NCBI RefSeq assembly: GCF_030028105.1
Contig: NC_092379.1
Location: forward strand, 45,804,150-45,868,149
Length of the DNA stretch: 64,000 bases
Reading direction: 5' to 3'
Source: Mobula birostris
Taxonomy: Eukaryota
Numbering within the stretch: the first letter of the stretch is position 1; each line of letters opens with the position of its first letter. Positions 12,490 through 26,095 of the stretch are shown here, one piece after another. The notes beneath the pieces are model-generated. The model was not told the origin of the DNA and made no database searches. It saw only the letters and a program-made list of their open reading frames with translations. The position numbers and the translations under genes are program-made.

Positions 12490-13745
12490 TGACAGGAGTG
12501 AAGGTAGGACCGATTAGAGATAAAGGTGGGAAGATGTGCCTGGAGGCTGTGGAAGTGAGCGAGGTCCTCATTGAATACTTTTCTTCGATATGCACCAATA
12601 ACAGGGAACTTGATACTGGTGAGGGCAATATGACTGAGGTTGCTATTATGGTTGATGTAGATATTAAGGGAGAGGAGGTGTTGGAGTTATTAAAATACAT
12701 TAGGATGGACAAGTCCCCGGGGCCTGACAGAATATTCCCCAGGCTGCTCCATGAGGTGAGGGAAGAGATTGCTGAGCCTCTGGCTGGGTTCTTTATGTCC
12801 TTGTTTTCCATGGGAATGGTACCGGACAATTGGAGGGAGGCGAATGTTGTTCCCTTGTTCAAAAAAGGTAGTAGGGATAGTCCGGGTAATTATAGACCAG
12901 TGAGCCTTACATCTGTGGTGGGAAATCTATGGAAAAGATTCTTAAAGATAGGATCTATGGGTATTTAGAGAATCATGGTCTGATCAGGGACAGTCAGCAT
13001 GGCTTTGTGAAGGGCAGATCATGTCTAACAAGCCTGATAGAGTTCTTTGAGGAGGTGACCAGGCATATAGATGAGGGTAGTGCAGTGGATGTGATCTACA
13101 TAGATTTTAGTAAAGCATTTGACAAGGTTCCACACGGTTGGCTTATTCAGAAAGTCAGAAGGCAAGGGATCCAGGGAAGTTTGGCCAGGTGGATTCAGAA
13201 TTGGCTTGCTTGCAGAAGGCAGAGGGTCGTGCTGGAGGGAATACATTCAGATTGGAGGTTTGTGACTAGTGGTGTCCCACAAGGATCTGTTCTGGGAGCT
13301 CTACTCTTCGTGATTTTTATTAATGACCTGGATGTGGGGGTAGAAGGGTGGGTTGGCAAGTTTGCAGACGACACAAAGGTTGGTGGTGTTGTAGATAGTG
13401 TAGAGGATTGTTGCAGATTGCAGAGAGACACTGAGAGGATGCAGAAGTGGGCTGAGAAGTGGCACTTGGAGTTCAACCCGGAGAAGTGTGAGGTGGTACA
13501 CTTTGGAAGGACAAATTCAAGGCAGAGTACAAAGTAAATGGCAGGATACTTGGTAGTGTGGAGGAGCAGAGGGATCTGGGGGTACATGTCCACAGATCAC
13601 TGAAAGTTACCTCACAGGTAGATAGGGTAGTTAAGAAAGCCTATGGGGTGTTAGATTTCATAAGTCGAGGGATAGAGTTTAAGAGTCGCGATGTAATGAT
13701 GCAGTTAATTAAGTTAAGTTTTAATCTGAGAAATAAGGTTAAGTG
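12490..13745 (+). mobile_element. CR1 LINE RT fragment (younger, frameshifted)
   Basis: KSPGPDRIFPRLL, NYRPVSLTSVVG, QHGFVKGRSCLT, IDFSKAFDKVPH, GVPQGSVLG, KFADDTKVGG. Confidence 0.95.
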
Positions 13746-13769
13746 GTACTATGACCAGAGGCCATGTCT

Positions 13770-14345
13770 TAATGGTGAAAGGTGAAAAGTTCAAGGGGAG
13801 CATGAGGGGAAATTTCTTCACTCAGAGGGTTGGAAGAGTGTGGAACGAGCTGTCAGCACAAGTGGTCCATGTGACCTCAATTATTGTTTAAGAGAAGTTT
13901 GGATATGTATATTGATAGTAGGGAACTGGAGGGCTATCATCAAGGTGCAGGTCATAGGAAGTAGGCAGTTTAAATGCAATAGACTAGATGGGCTGAAGGA
14001 CCTATTTTTATGCTGTACTTCTCAAAAAAAAGTGATAAACTGATGGAAGCAGATTACATGGAATTATAAGGAAATAGTCGGAATCTTCCTCCACCCCGCA
14101 CCCCCACCCCAAGGTAAAACTGTCAAATATCATAGGGCATAACTTTAAGGTGGGACTGGGAATGTTTAAAGATTAGAGGGGCAAGTTTTTTTTGGAGTGA
14201 GTGGTGAATTCCTGGAACACATTGCCCGGAGGGGTGGTGGAAACAGTTACAATAGTGGTGCTTAAGAGGTTTTTAGACAGACACATGAATATACATGGTT
14301 ACAGGGATATGGGTACAGGCAGAAGAGATTAGTTTAATTTTGCAT
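13770..14345 (+). mobile_element. CR1 LINE 3'-end fragments
   Basis: Repeated CR1 3'UTR-like segments (aatttcttcactcagagggt, ggcataactttaagg). Confidence 0.6.
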
Positions 14346-14399
14346 CATGTCCAGCTCATTCATCCTATGCCAAACAGCCTGTTCCTGGATGTACTTGTT

Positions 14400-15688
14400 T
14401 GTCACAAACAAGGGCTCTTGGCACCAGCTTGGAAAGGCAGGAAGACACAGACATAAATTATTACCAGTTGCCATCTTCAGGCCATGTTGGGGGACCATCC
14501 CCTCATGGAGCCTTGCTGTCAGTAGTCGGAGCTGTCTTTGCGGTATGGATTTGGCTGTTTCCTGGGCCAGCTGAGTGGCTGCCTGCCACTCCAAGCTAGG
14601 TAGGGATCTGGCTGTTTCTGTAGCCAGCTGAGGTTGCTGGCCGAACTGAGACTTGGAGCTACCCCGGAACAGAGATGGAACTGTCTGTTGTTCTTTGGTG
14701 TTTGTCTCTTCTTGTCCTTGCCTCCGTGGGGTAAGTTGGGCCGTCTTGCCGCTGCCCTGCGTGGGGTCATGTCTTGTCTTGTCTAGTCCTTGTCTCCGTG
14801 GGGTAAGTCAGGCCGTCTTGCCATTGCCCCGCGGGTGGTCATGTCTTGTCTTGTCTTGTCCTCGCCTCTGTGGGGTAAGTCAGGCCATCTGGCCGTTGCC
14901 CTGCGGGGGGACATGTCTTGTCTTTGCCTCTGCTGAGTAAGTCTGGCCGTCCTGCCGTTACCCAACAGGTGGACCTGTCCCACCGTGGTGTGGAAAAGTT
15001 GAGTCCCAGCTTGTCTTAGGCTAAGTCTTGGCTCTATGTTGATGTTCAGTTCCCAGTCTGTTTCTCAGCTCCAGCCTCCGAGTTATCGGCCTCCGCATTT
15101 CAAGACGAAGGTTCCACAGCCAAGCTCCAAGAACCCGAGCCTTGAGGATCCCTAACCAAGTTCAAGACACAAGACCCCAATCCTCGAGGATCCCAAGCCA
15201 AGCTCAAGACGCAGGACACCAAGCCTCGAGGATCCCAAGCCAAGCTCAAGACCCAAGACCCCAGCCTCAAGCCATCTCATGTCCTTGCCTGGTTCCGGGT
15301 TCCGAACCCGAGGCAAAACCCAGGTTCTGGGTCCTTATTCAGTCTCGAGCTTGGAGTCCAAGCCTTGTCTTGTCTCCAAGCTCAGGCCTCTAGACCCCAG
15401 CCATGTCCTGTACTGAAACCATGTCATGCCCTTGCCTGGTTCTCGGGTCCGAGCCCGAGGCAAGACCTAGATTCTGGGTCCTCGTCCAGTCTCGGGATCA
15501 GAGTCGAAGCCTTGTCTCCTAGTCCATGGTTCCTAGTCCTGGTCCCGCTTTTCCTAGCCCTGGTCTGCACTCTTGTCCCTGCTCCTTGCCTGAATCCTGT
15601 CACGTTCTTACTCTAGTCAAGTCCTGTTCCTTGTACTTCAGTGTTTGTGTCTTGCATTTGGGTCCGTTCCCAGCACCCCATTGTGACA
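14400..15688. mobile_element. Solo LTR or non-autonomous LTR-type element with internal tandem repeats
   Basis: TGTCACA...TGTGACA inverted termini and near-TSD tgtt/tgtc. Contains ~70-nt repeats (14700-14965) and duplicated blocks at 15130-15520. Confidence 0.65.
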
Positions 15689-15777
15689 TGTCTGTAATTA
15701 TATTAATGATTTTGATTCGAATATACAAGGCATGGTCTTGTTTGCCGTATGCACAAGTATGTGTATATATATGTACT

Positions 15778-15780
<3 letters not shown>

Positions 15781-15808
<28 letters not shown>
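15781..15808 (+). repeat. (CA)n microsatellite
   Basis: Direct reading. Confidence 0.98.
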
Positions 15809-15811
<3 letters not shown>

Positions 15812-17204
15812 GCACAAGCAATGGAAAACATACTTGCAGCAGCACAGACAGAAAGCACCAGTATTCACAAGAAAAACAAATTCAACATAAATTATACACA
15901 ATTTTTACAAGTGAGAACACAGTTAGAACCAAGTTAAATCCAGAGAGCAGTATGGACAAGACAGTTTGAGTAGCCCCCTTCTGTGCTGTACCAGTCTGTG
16001 ATTGAGTAATAATCATGGACTTTCTAACAGCTCAGTTGCTTGGGATTGGGCCAGGGAGCTGTTTCATGATCAGGAGAAAGGGGGAAATACAACTGTTGTG
16101 CATGATGTATGTTTAGGGAACCCAAGAAAACCACATTGAGGTGTAGGTACTTAATTTAAGATTTGGAAGCTACTATGTCATGTCCACTTTAGGTATCAGG
16201 AGCTGTTATTTCAGATCTGTTGTAGGTGTCAGTGAAGGAAACGCTCAGAAGGAAAATGATGAACACAGTACAGAATTTTTTTCTGAAAGGAAACCATCTG
16301 TAGGACAGTGAGGTGTGGGATTGGCAGGTTTTCTTTTCGGAGGAGCTGGTATGGACCCAACAAGCTGAGTAACCTCCTTCTGTACAGTATCATTCTATGA
16401 CTATGTAATAGATCTTCCTGATTATTTTCCCCACAGAATGTATTTGGTGTTGTGTGTCACATTAACAAATGTCATCATGTTTCTCAGCCCTCTCATCAAT
16501 AATTTACTAAAATCCAATAAAGAGGTCACTAGAGACTCTGCTTAGCCTTTTGAGATATGGAAAACACTGTCTGGAATGGTGGAGGAAGCAGATTCAAACC
16601 AGACTGGGGCTGTGACACAGGGAAGAAAGGGACTCAAGGAAGGGCTGTATAGCTTCATCTGTAACGTCAGTGGGATTCAGATCTAGACTGTGTAGCCCAC
16701 TACCATTCCCAGTTGAACTGGAGTGTGATGTAACGGTCCTTTATTTTCTGGAGCAACAGGGTCTTTCTCTGACATTATGGATTCAGTGACCCAGTGAGAG
16801 GGAGTGGTGGTGATTGTCTCACTGATTTGATAATGGGTATCTGACCACACAGCAGAGCAGTATTGATCCTTTAGGTTCAGAAACACTTCAGCCAATTTGG
16901 TACCCACCCTCTATTAGAAACTGACTTTGCAGGGATCATTTCTCTGCAAGAGCAATACAGTTTCATTGGAAAGTGAATCACACTCCAATGGCCAATCCTA
17001 TACTGAAGTGTGATGTCTGTTCTATGCTGTAAGCCTCATCTCTCTTAGCTCTTCCACTGTACAAAGTAATCATGGTTGATAGTAACCAGATTTCTATAGC
17101 TTCCAGTGTGCCTGTGCAAATCTCTCAGTATAAACCACAAAAGTGAGGCTGATAATCATTTTCACCAATTGCATTTTGCATCCTTTCTGAAAATTGGCTT
17201 GAAA

Positions 17205-17990
17205 GGTACATTTAATGTTAGAGAAATGTATACAGTATACATTCTGAAATGCTTTTTCTTCACAACCATCCACAAAAACAGAGGAGTGCCCCCAAAGAAT
17301 GAATGACAGTTAAATGTAAGAAAAACTCTGAAGTCCGCACCACCTCCCCTTCCTTCTGCACTTAAACAGTAGCAAAGCAACAGTACACCCTCCCCCCACC
17401 AGCAAAAAGGAACCCGGCACGCACCACCGGGCACTCAAGCGTGCAGCAAAGCAACAGCAAAGACTCAGAATTGCAGTACCCCAAAGGTTACTTTTTCACC
17501 CGGTATTCAACAAACCACAGGCTGTCTCTGACTCTCTGACCCCTTCTCTCCCCCTCCCTCCACCTCCTTCCACCTCCTTCCACCTCCCCGTTTCATAGCG
17601 AGAGGTGAGACATAACAAACAATTCGCTGGTTTACGGTGTTAAAAGCCCATTGTGTCGCTTTTTCCAAGCTCTGTTCCCACAGCTGTAGATCTTCCAACT
17701 CCCACGACACACCGATCTCCTGTCGGGACACTGACTTGCGATTCACCCGTCTCCAGAGCCACGATATCCCAGGCCTCCTAAGGCGAGTCCGCATCCATGG
17801 CATGTCGGATAACAGCCAGTCGTATAACCCTGAAAGCAGGTCCCATTCCCGCAAAGAACTGAAGTCGGCATGTAACTCCAGGTCAGGGTCTTCAAAAGAA
17901 TCCTGAAAGGGAAAATTAGCGATATTAAAGATGAAAATAAAGCTATTTCCAAAGATGCAAGCAAAGGAGTCGTTACTGAGCGCCATCATA
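17205..17990 (-). mobile_element. Interspersed repeat, probable LINE 3'UTR (copy 1)
   Basis: Collinear homology with 19205-20040 (aaaggtacatttaatg...ccccaaagaatgaatgacagtt...gatgcaagcaaaggag). No coding signal; family assignment is inference. Confidence 0.6.
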
Positions 17991-18699
17991 ACTAAGCTTT
18001 CAAATGTAAATCTGAAACCACTGAGCAAAATCTATTTACAATGAAAATATCCTTCACATCAAATCAAATCAAGTCAAATTCAATCAAGTTTAATCGTCAT
18101 TCAAACATACATAGATACAGCTGAACGAGACAGTGTTCCTCTGGGACCAAGTTGCAAAACATACACAGCATATTGAAAATAGCAAAAAATAAGTCATGAA
18201 AATAAAAACACATATATCGCCCAAGGTCCTGAGCAACATGCCCCACAAATGGACGGTATAAGTCCCGGCAATGCAGCCTGTCATTCCACAGACCAAACAC
18301 TCGGGGGCAGCACAGACAGTAGAAATGCTGAAGGGGAGCGGTGAAGTCAGACCTTCATTTGAGAACTTGTTGGTGTCTGTCGTCAGTGATTGCAAATACT
18401 GATTTATAAAAGCAATTTGGGTAACTGTTGAGTTAGAATACATTGCAGTAACACGTATAAGAATATCAAAGTGGAATTAAGTTGAAAAGCTGTTCAAACA
18501 TGTCACTGACACAATGCGGCCACTGGCAGCCCTGTGCATGACATATTTACTTGACTTTCCCCAATTCTGGCTGATTGTGCAGACCTCATTTTCAGTATAT
18601 CATATGGACGGCATGTTTTGCCTTGGAATAAAGCTTCTGATTACTCTTTCGGTGCTTTCAATCAGTGTTATCTTCTGACTATCTTTAGCCCTGAATTTA

Positions 18700-20493
18700 G
18701 AATAGTTGGAGAGTAGTAATTGCTGGCAATTGGACCACACAGTGTTCACAGACCTTTGGTGTCCTGATATGCGGGCATTGCCGAAAATGCAAAGCAGTGA
18801 GCACCTCTTAGCATTACTACTAAAGCAAGTATGGTGAAAGCATAGGTCCAGCATCGTCTGTTTCGCAGCGCGCTGGTGTACTCATGTTGCGGGCCTTGCT
18901 GACTGCTGTTATTAAGGAAGAGAAAAGATGAGGAATGATGCCCCGCTGCCTAGCTGAGTGTAAACTATCAATCATTTTAGCAAGTTCCCTATAGCCCATC
19001 CTGGGTGCATCAGCGAGGGCTACGCGAACTGGATCAGACATTTGCGCATGAAGTGTTCTTTAAAATTAAAACAAGGATGGTGATTTCCCAGGAGGAACAC
19101 CATGTAGTCGATTATCTTCACAGACTTACCATCACAGAGAACGGGTAAGGAAAGTTTGGCACGCTCAGATGCCGATACTCCAAAAGTCTGTAAAAAGTGA
19201 TTCATAGGTTTCAAAAGGTGCATTTAATGTCAGAGAAATATATACAACATCCTGAAGTTCTTTTTCTTTGCAAACGTCCACTAAACCGGAAGTGCCCCAA
19301 AGAATGAATGACAGTTCAAATGTTAGAACCCCAATCATCTCCCAGCTCACCCCTCCAATGTACAAGCAGCAACAAGGCAACGATAGCCTAACCCCCACTA
19401 GCAAAAAGCATCAGCGCCCTCCACCGAACACTGAAATGTGTAGCAAGCATCAATAAAGACACAGACTTGCAGTACCCCAAAAACTACTTGTTCACCCAAT
19501 AATTTGACATACCACAGGCTCTCTCTCTAAGAAGGGAAAAGAGTCTCTCCCTTATAAGGGAAAAAGAGGTGCCCCATTTCACAGCCAGAGGAGAGACGTA
19601 ACAGACAACTCGCCAATTTACTATATTAATAGTCTGTTGCGTCATTATTTCCGATCTCTGCGCCCAGACAGCCGGCACCAGAAGGGCGCAGCTCTCCGGA
19701 CGCACAACCCCCAGCATTTAACCCGCTGCTCCCAATGTTCTCTGTTCTTCCACGACACTTCAATCAGGGGCACCAGCCTAGAGTCAGCATGTCTCCAGAG
19801 CCACGAAATTCCGGAACCCAGAAGGCGTGCTTCGCCTTGGAATATCAAAAAGCGGCCGGTCGTGAGGCCCTGAGAGCGGGTCCCGTTGCCGCAAAGAACC
19901 AAAGTCAGAGTGTAACTCCAAGTCAGGGTCTGCAAAAGAACCTTGAAAAGAAAAAAAAAAAGAGATATCAAAGAAAGAGATTTAGCTGCTTCCAAAGATG
20001 CAAGCAAAGGAATCACAAGTATTTTTACCGCTGCACCTCCAGAAGATTTTTCAGATCAGTATTTATCATGTTCGAGCAGATTCACCATTTTAGCAGTCAC
20101 GGAACTGCCGAGCGACGCTACCACATAGAAATATCTGGTATTGTCTGCAGAGATTTCTCAAAGAGCAAAATGGGTATCCACTTGTATATACCAAGTGATG
20201 GCATTTTGCTCCTGAAACTCCGGCAATTTCAAAGTGACTGTGTCTCCAACAGATTCAATAACTCCCGAATCATCCTAGAGCAATGAGGTCACCAATGAAG
20301 ATTTTGTACAAATAAAATGAGGTGATTTATGTTTAATGAAAACCATAACACATTTTATTAAACTCCGAAATCTACACAACGAAAGAGCGCTAACAGACTT
20401 TTACATAATATCGTCATTGCGTCAGTCAGCCTCTTAAACTCAATGTTGATGGTTGTGAATTGCATACGTTTATCCCAATTATTTTACGTTACA
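18700..20493 (-). mobile_element. CsRn1-clade Gypsy element 5' part: short LTR, tRNA-Trp PBS and gag, interrupted by a repeat
   Basis: LTR 20296-20493 (TGTAAC...TTCA on minus) and PBS ttggtgacctc (20285-20295). Gag reads TLKLPEFQEQNAITW (~20040-20270), resumes FLQTFGVSASERAK...LGNHHPCF...ALADAP (18880-19200), and ends with a CHCC-type CFHHTCFSSNAKRCSLLC motif. Confidence 0.8.
19205..20040 (-). mobile_element. Interspersed repeat, probable LINE 3'UTR (copy 2), inserted in Gypsy gag
   Basis: Homologous to 17205-17990; separates two halves of one gag frame. Confidence 0.65.
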
Positions 20494-20929
20494 TGATAAA
20501 GGACCCACTCATACATCCAGCATCCTCTTTGACTTTCCACCGTCAGCAGGAGGCTCCAATGCATAAAAAACAAGAATGATCGGTTTCTTTCCTCAAGCCA
20601 TTAGGCTTCTGAACTCCTTATCGCATTGCATTCGAGGTGTTACCGGTTAATCAATTCGTTACCTGACAATGTTTAATTTATGCACTTCACTTTATGTATG
20701 CATAATTCATCTAGATGTTATCATTACTTTCATAAGATATAGTGTGTTATATGTACTACTGTCTGGAAACCCTACTCTGGAGAAATGTGTTTCATTTGAC
20801 GGCATATATCTATATAATTAAACAACTTGATTTGTATTTCCTGGTTGTCAGGGAGCAGCATGGAGTGGATGTGGAAAGGATGTTTCCAACATTGGGAGAG
20901 CCTAGGATCAATGGGAACATCTTCAGAAT

Positions 20930-21545
20930 AGGACACTGCTTAATCCATGCTAGCATCTTCCCTGCAATATGTCTATCATAATCTTACAAACCTCTGTCAG
21001 GTCACCTCTCAGACTCTTATTTTCCAGTGTGTACAAACCCAGTCTATACAATTTCTCATTGTAACTGAAGCCCTTCTTTCCAGGCAACATTCTGATGTAT
21101 CGCCTCTGCAGACTCTCAAATACGACCACATCTCGTGTTTCAATCAGAACTGTACATAATACTCTGTGCAGCCTAACCATAATGCACACAGTGTCCTGAT
21201 TCTTATGTCTTGACCCTTGAAGGTATACATGCCAAATGTCTTCTTCAGTATCCTGTTCACTTGTGCCACTGTTTTCAGGAAATAATGCACTTGCATCTTT
21301 AGGTCTCTCGGAATGCCAAGACTCATAAGGTTCATTATTCACTGTGTATGTTGTTACCAGCATTTGTCCTTCTAAAATGCATTCTTCAACAATTTTCTCG
21401 ATTAAATTTTATCTGCTACTGCTCCGCTTCACTTTCCAGCTGATCTGAGTACCTCATTATAAAACCTTCTTCACTATCTTCAAGTCTACCAAGTTTTCTG
21501 TCATCAGCAAATTTACTATTCAGTTCCCATACACTGTGATGGACT
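20930..21545 (-). mobile_element. CR1 LINE 3' fragment
   Basis: Minus ORF 20950-21363 includes LQRRYIRMLPG...YNEKLYRLGLYTLE...LRGDLTEVCKIM. Confidence 0.8.
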
Positions 21546-22142
21546 ACTGCCATTTTAGGTAATTTGAAAAAACAAATTCATCAGTTTTTTTGATGGGTCT
21601 TGACAGGCGTGGCGGAGTAATACAGCTGATAGAGCTGCTGCCTCCCTGCTCCAGTAACACAGGTTCAATTCCATGTCGTCTGTATGAGTTTTCCATGTTA
21701 TTTATGTTATTCCATAGGTTTTTTTCCAGGTGTTCCAGTTCCACACACTCACCACCACATCCCAGAAATAGGGGGATTGTCAGGTTAATTACCAACTATA
21801 AATGGTCCATAGTGTATAGTTAAGTGAGACATGAGACAGTTGATGGCAGTGTGCAAATAATGGGATTGATGGCTAGCACTGCCTCATTGAGGTGAACCAT
21901 CCATGTCCTTGTCACTGAGAAAAAATCAGTCTTTGTGTGGTCATTTAGTTCTTCAACATTAATCTTCTAACGCCACCATTTCTGCTGTTATAATCGACTT
22001 GGATCCAGAATGACTGTAATCTCAGATCAGATTAGATGGTGGTCAATCCTGCAGTTGTAAGCAAATGTCACAGCACAGGCAATTAAGCCTTCCCCCAGTA
22101 GGCCCAACCATGAGCTCCACTAAAAAGGCATCATATAGGTGT

Positions 22143-23460
22143 TCAGAATCAGAATCAGGTTTATTATCACCAGCATGTGATGTGAAATTTGTTACCTTAG
22201 CAGCAGCAATTCAATGCAATACATAATCTAGCAGAGAGAGAGAGAGAAAAAAAATAATAAAATAAAACATAATAATAAATAAACAAGTAAATCAATTATG
22301 TATTTTGAATAGATTACTAAAAGAAGTGCAAAAACAGAAATACTGCATATTAAAATAAGTGAGGTAGTGTCCAACGCTTCAAAGTCCATTTAGGAATCGG
22401 ATGGTAGCGGGGACAAAGCTGTTCCTGAATCACTGAGTGTGTGCCTTCAGGCTTCTGTATCTCCTACCTGATGGTAATAGTGAGAAAAGGGCATGCCCTG
22501 GGTGCTGGAGGTCTTTCATAATCGACGCTACCTTTCTGAGACACCACTCCCTAAAGACGTTTTGGGTACTTTGTGGGCTGGTGCCGAAGATGGAGCTGGC
22601 TAGATTTACAACCTTCTGCAGCTTCCTTTGGTCCTGTGCAGTAGCCCCTCCACACCAGACAGTGATGCAGCCTGTCTGAATGTTCTCCATGGTACAACTA
22701 CAGAAGGTTTTGAGTGGATTTGTTGACATGCCAAATCGCTTCAAACTCCTAATAAAGTATAGCCCCTGTCTTGCCTTCTTTATGACTACATCAACGTGTT
22801 GGGACCAGGTTAGATCCTCAGAGATCTTGACACCCAGGAACTTGAAGCTGCTCACTCTCTCCACTTCTGATCCCTCTATGAGGATTGATAAGTGTTCCCT
22901 CGTCTTACCCTTCCTGAAGTCTACAACCAGCTCTTTCGTCTTACTGATGTTGAATGCTAGGTTTATCCTGCAGCACCACTCCACTAGTTGGCATATCTCA
23001 CTCCTGTATGCCCTCTCGTCACCACCTGAGATTCTACCAACAATGGTTATATAGTCAGCAAATTTGTATGTGGCATTTGAGCTATGTCTAGCCGCACAAT
23101 CATGTGTATACAGAGAGTAGAGCAGTGGGCTAAGCACACACCCCTGAGGCGTGCTGGTGTTGATCATCAGTGAGGAGGATATGTTATCATCAATCTACAC
23201 AGATTGTTGTCTTCTCGTTAGGAAGTCAAGGAACCATTGACAGAGGGAGGTACATAGGCCTAGGTTGTGCAAATTCTCAATTAGGATTGTGGGAATGATG
23301 GTATTAAATGCTGAGCTCTCGTCGATAAACAGCATCCTGATATAGGGGTTTGTGTTGTCTAGGTGGTCTAAAGCTGTGTGAAGAGCCATGGAGATTGCAT
23401 CTGCTATTGACCTATTGTGACAATAGGCAAGTTGCAATGGGTCCAGGTCCTTTTGGTATG
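22143..23460 (-). mobile_element. Rex1/Babar-like LINE RT and 3' end
   Basis: [62 protein letters not shown]; (CAGAAT)n-type tail at ~22145. Confidence 0.92.
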
Positions 23461-25640
23461 CATTTTCTATCTCCATTTGTAATTTAGAGACCACATCTTT
23501 CCTACTGTTTGGGGACCTGAATATAACACTCACCGGGTATTTTATTGTTATCTTTGCAGTTCTTTAGTTCTACCCACAATGATTTAATACCTTCTGACCT
23601 GATGTAACCTCTTTCTAAAGATTTGATTTCAATTTTTACCAACCCACTCTGCCTACCTGCCTGTTCTTAAGATAGAATGCGTATCCTTGCAGTTTAAGCT
23701 CCCAGTTATAATCTTCTTTCAACCATGATTCAGTAACACCCACAACATTATATTTGCTAATCTGTAACTGTGCTACAAATTTATCTGCCTTATTCTGTTT
23801 ACAGCACACTTTCAAATATTACATCTTCAGCCCTGTATTCATGTTTTTTGATTTACTCCATCTTTTACATTTCAATTCATCTAGTCAACTCATATTTGCC
23901 AAATCATCAGCTTTCCCTTGCTAGTAGTCTCACAGCACACTGCCTACCGACTACCTCATCTTCAATACTATCACTCTATTTCCTATGGCCCTGCCAAATT
24001 AATTTAAACCCTCCTGAATGGGTCTAGAAAACCATCCCACAAGGATATAGATACCCCTTGGGTCCAGGTGAAACCCATCCCTTTTCTACAGGCTGTACGT
24101 TCCCCAGAAAATATCCCAATGATCCAAAAATCTGGATCCCTGCCCCCTGCACCAGTTCTTCAGCCATGCATTCATCTGCCAATTCATCCTAATCTTACCC
24201 TCACTGGTACATGGCATAGGCAGCAACCCAGATATTTCATGTGGCCCCCTGGTAAGCCTAAGGCTCGCTCAGCTCACTTTCGTCAAATAACAGACAGTGC
24301 AACATATGCGATTAAATGATTACACTTTATAAGTATTTCTTGCTGATGGGTTAGTAGAAACAAATACAATAAAGATGCCAGGTCAGTAACTCTATCTGTT
24401 CTGTGCACAAATAATTCGTTGGAGCTCTTACAGAACCAGGTCTCCCTTTCCTCCAGTTGATGTCCTCCGAACTCCGCCGACCCTCGAATGGGACCACCCT
24501 CGGTGGTCGACCAAACGCTCCACACGAGCCTGTCCTCATCTTCTCTCCTCGCCGAAGACCATGGGCCTCGGACTCCCGCTAGGGGTCCGTTCCATCACCC
24601 AGCTTACAGCATCGCATCTCCTCTCTCTGTCCCCATCGAGCCCTCTGCCCAAAAACTATGAAAACAATAGCTTACAGATACACAAGAAAGAATAACATCT
24701 CTCCTAATTGGTTAGCAAATGAATACAATTCTTGTCATCAGTAACTACAACCCAAACAAGCTGCTGCCGTTAACTCAGCAGTTAACATTACAAAGAAGAC
24801 ATTTTATTAACCTTAGCAGTAACATAAACAAAGAAACCCTTTACATACAAACTGAAGATCTTTATTTTCCCCTTTCTACCTACCTTCCTAAAATCTTTCT
24901 TCAGGACCTCATCACCATTCCTACCTTTGTCATTGGTGTCAATGTGTATCCAAGTCTTCTGGCTACCCACAATTTGAGACATCTCGGAACCTGGCACCTG
25001 AGGGACAACTTACCATCCAGGTGTCTATCACGTCCACAGAATCTCATCTCTGTTCGCCTAAGAGTGGTATCTACTATCAACACAGAAGTCCTCTTCACCT
25101 CTCTTCTGAACCACAGCACCCAGAGACATGAACACTGCAGCTCCCCCCGGCAGGTCATCACCCTCAAGAGTTTCTAAAGTGAATTCATTATTGAGGGGTA
25201 TGGCCAATGGTGTACTCTGTACTGGTTGCCCATTTCCATTTCTTCTCCTAATAGTCACCCACTTATCAGACCTGCCCCCTGCATCCTAGGGGTAACTAAC
25301 TCCCTGTAGCTCTTATCTATCACCTCCTCATTTTCTGTATGAGCCAAAGGTCACCAAGCTGCAGCTCCAGTTCCTTAATATGTTCCCTGAGGAGCTGTAG
25401 CTCAGTGCACCAGCTGCAATGTGGTTATTCTGGAGGCTGGAGGTCTCCTAAAATACCCACATTTCACATACAGAACAAAAGATGATTCCCAGAGGCATTC
25501 TCACTGCACTAACTGTGCCCTAACAGGCAAGGAATGAAGAACTAAGAAGAAATGGAGAAACTTACCTCACCCAAGCCTGATGAGCCAAAGGCATTCCAAA
25601 CACTGGCCCACTCACAACAAAGATACCTCCACTTGTGTCT
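23461..25640 (-). mobile_element. CR1 LINE 5' part (ORF1 esterase and endonuclease start), with an unrelated ~600-nt insertion at ~24240-24845
   Basis: Degenerate ORF1 SGNH-esterase motifs VDTTLRRTEMRFCGRDR, HIDTNDKGRNGDEVLK; endonuclease-like sequence at 23461-23800. Confidence 0.75.
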
Positions 25641-25805
25641 GCATTTCTTTTATTTGCCCTTTCTAAAGAGTCCTGTTCAGTGACTGGTCCTATCCAACTC
25701 CAAAAAACTGCCACAAAGTTCTGACTTTTTAATTCTCAGTGTAAATCGTAGTGAAAAGGTAATTCTCTTCTCATGCTCCCATGCGGTGATCAGTCACTGT
25801 CTAAT

Positions 25806-26095
25806 TCATTGAATGTTGAAAGGCCTTGATAGATTGGAAATGGAGAGGATGTTTCCTATGGAGTTGAGGAAGAATTTCCTCAGCCAGAGAGTGGCAAATC
25901 TGTGGAATTTGTTGCTACAGGCAGCTATAGAGGCCAAGTTGTTGGTTATATTTAAGGCAGAGGTTGATATATTCTTGATTGGTGAGGGCATAAAGGGATA
26001 CTGGGGAAAGGCAGGAGATTGGGGCTAAGAGCTGGAGCAGACTTGATGGGCCAAATGGACTAATTCTGCTCCTATACCTTATGGTCTTATGCTCA
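25806..26095 (+). mobile_element. CR1 LINE 3' end
   Basis: MLKGLDRLEMERMFP...RKNFLSQRVANLWN. Confidence 0.85.

Noticed and set aside
16683-16907. 74-aa minus ORF as a host exon
   Set aside because: No recognisable domain or convincing splice context, and its length is compatible with chance.
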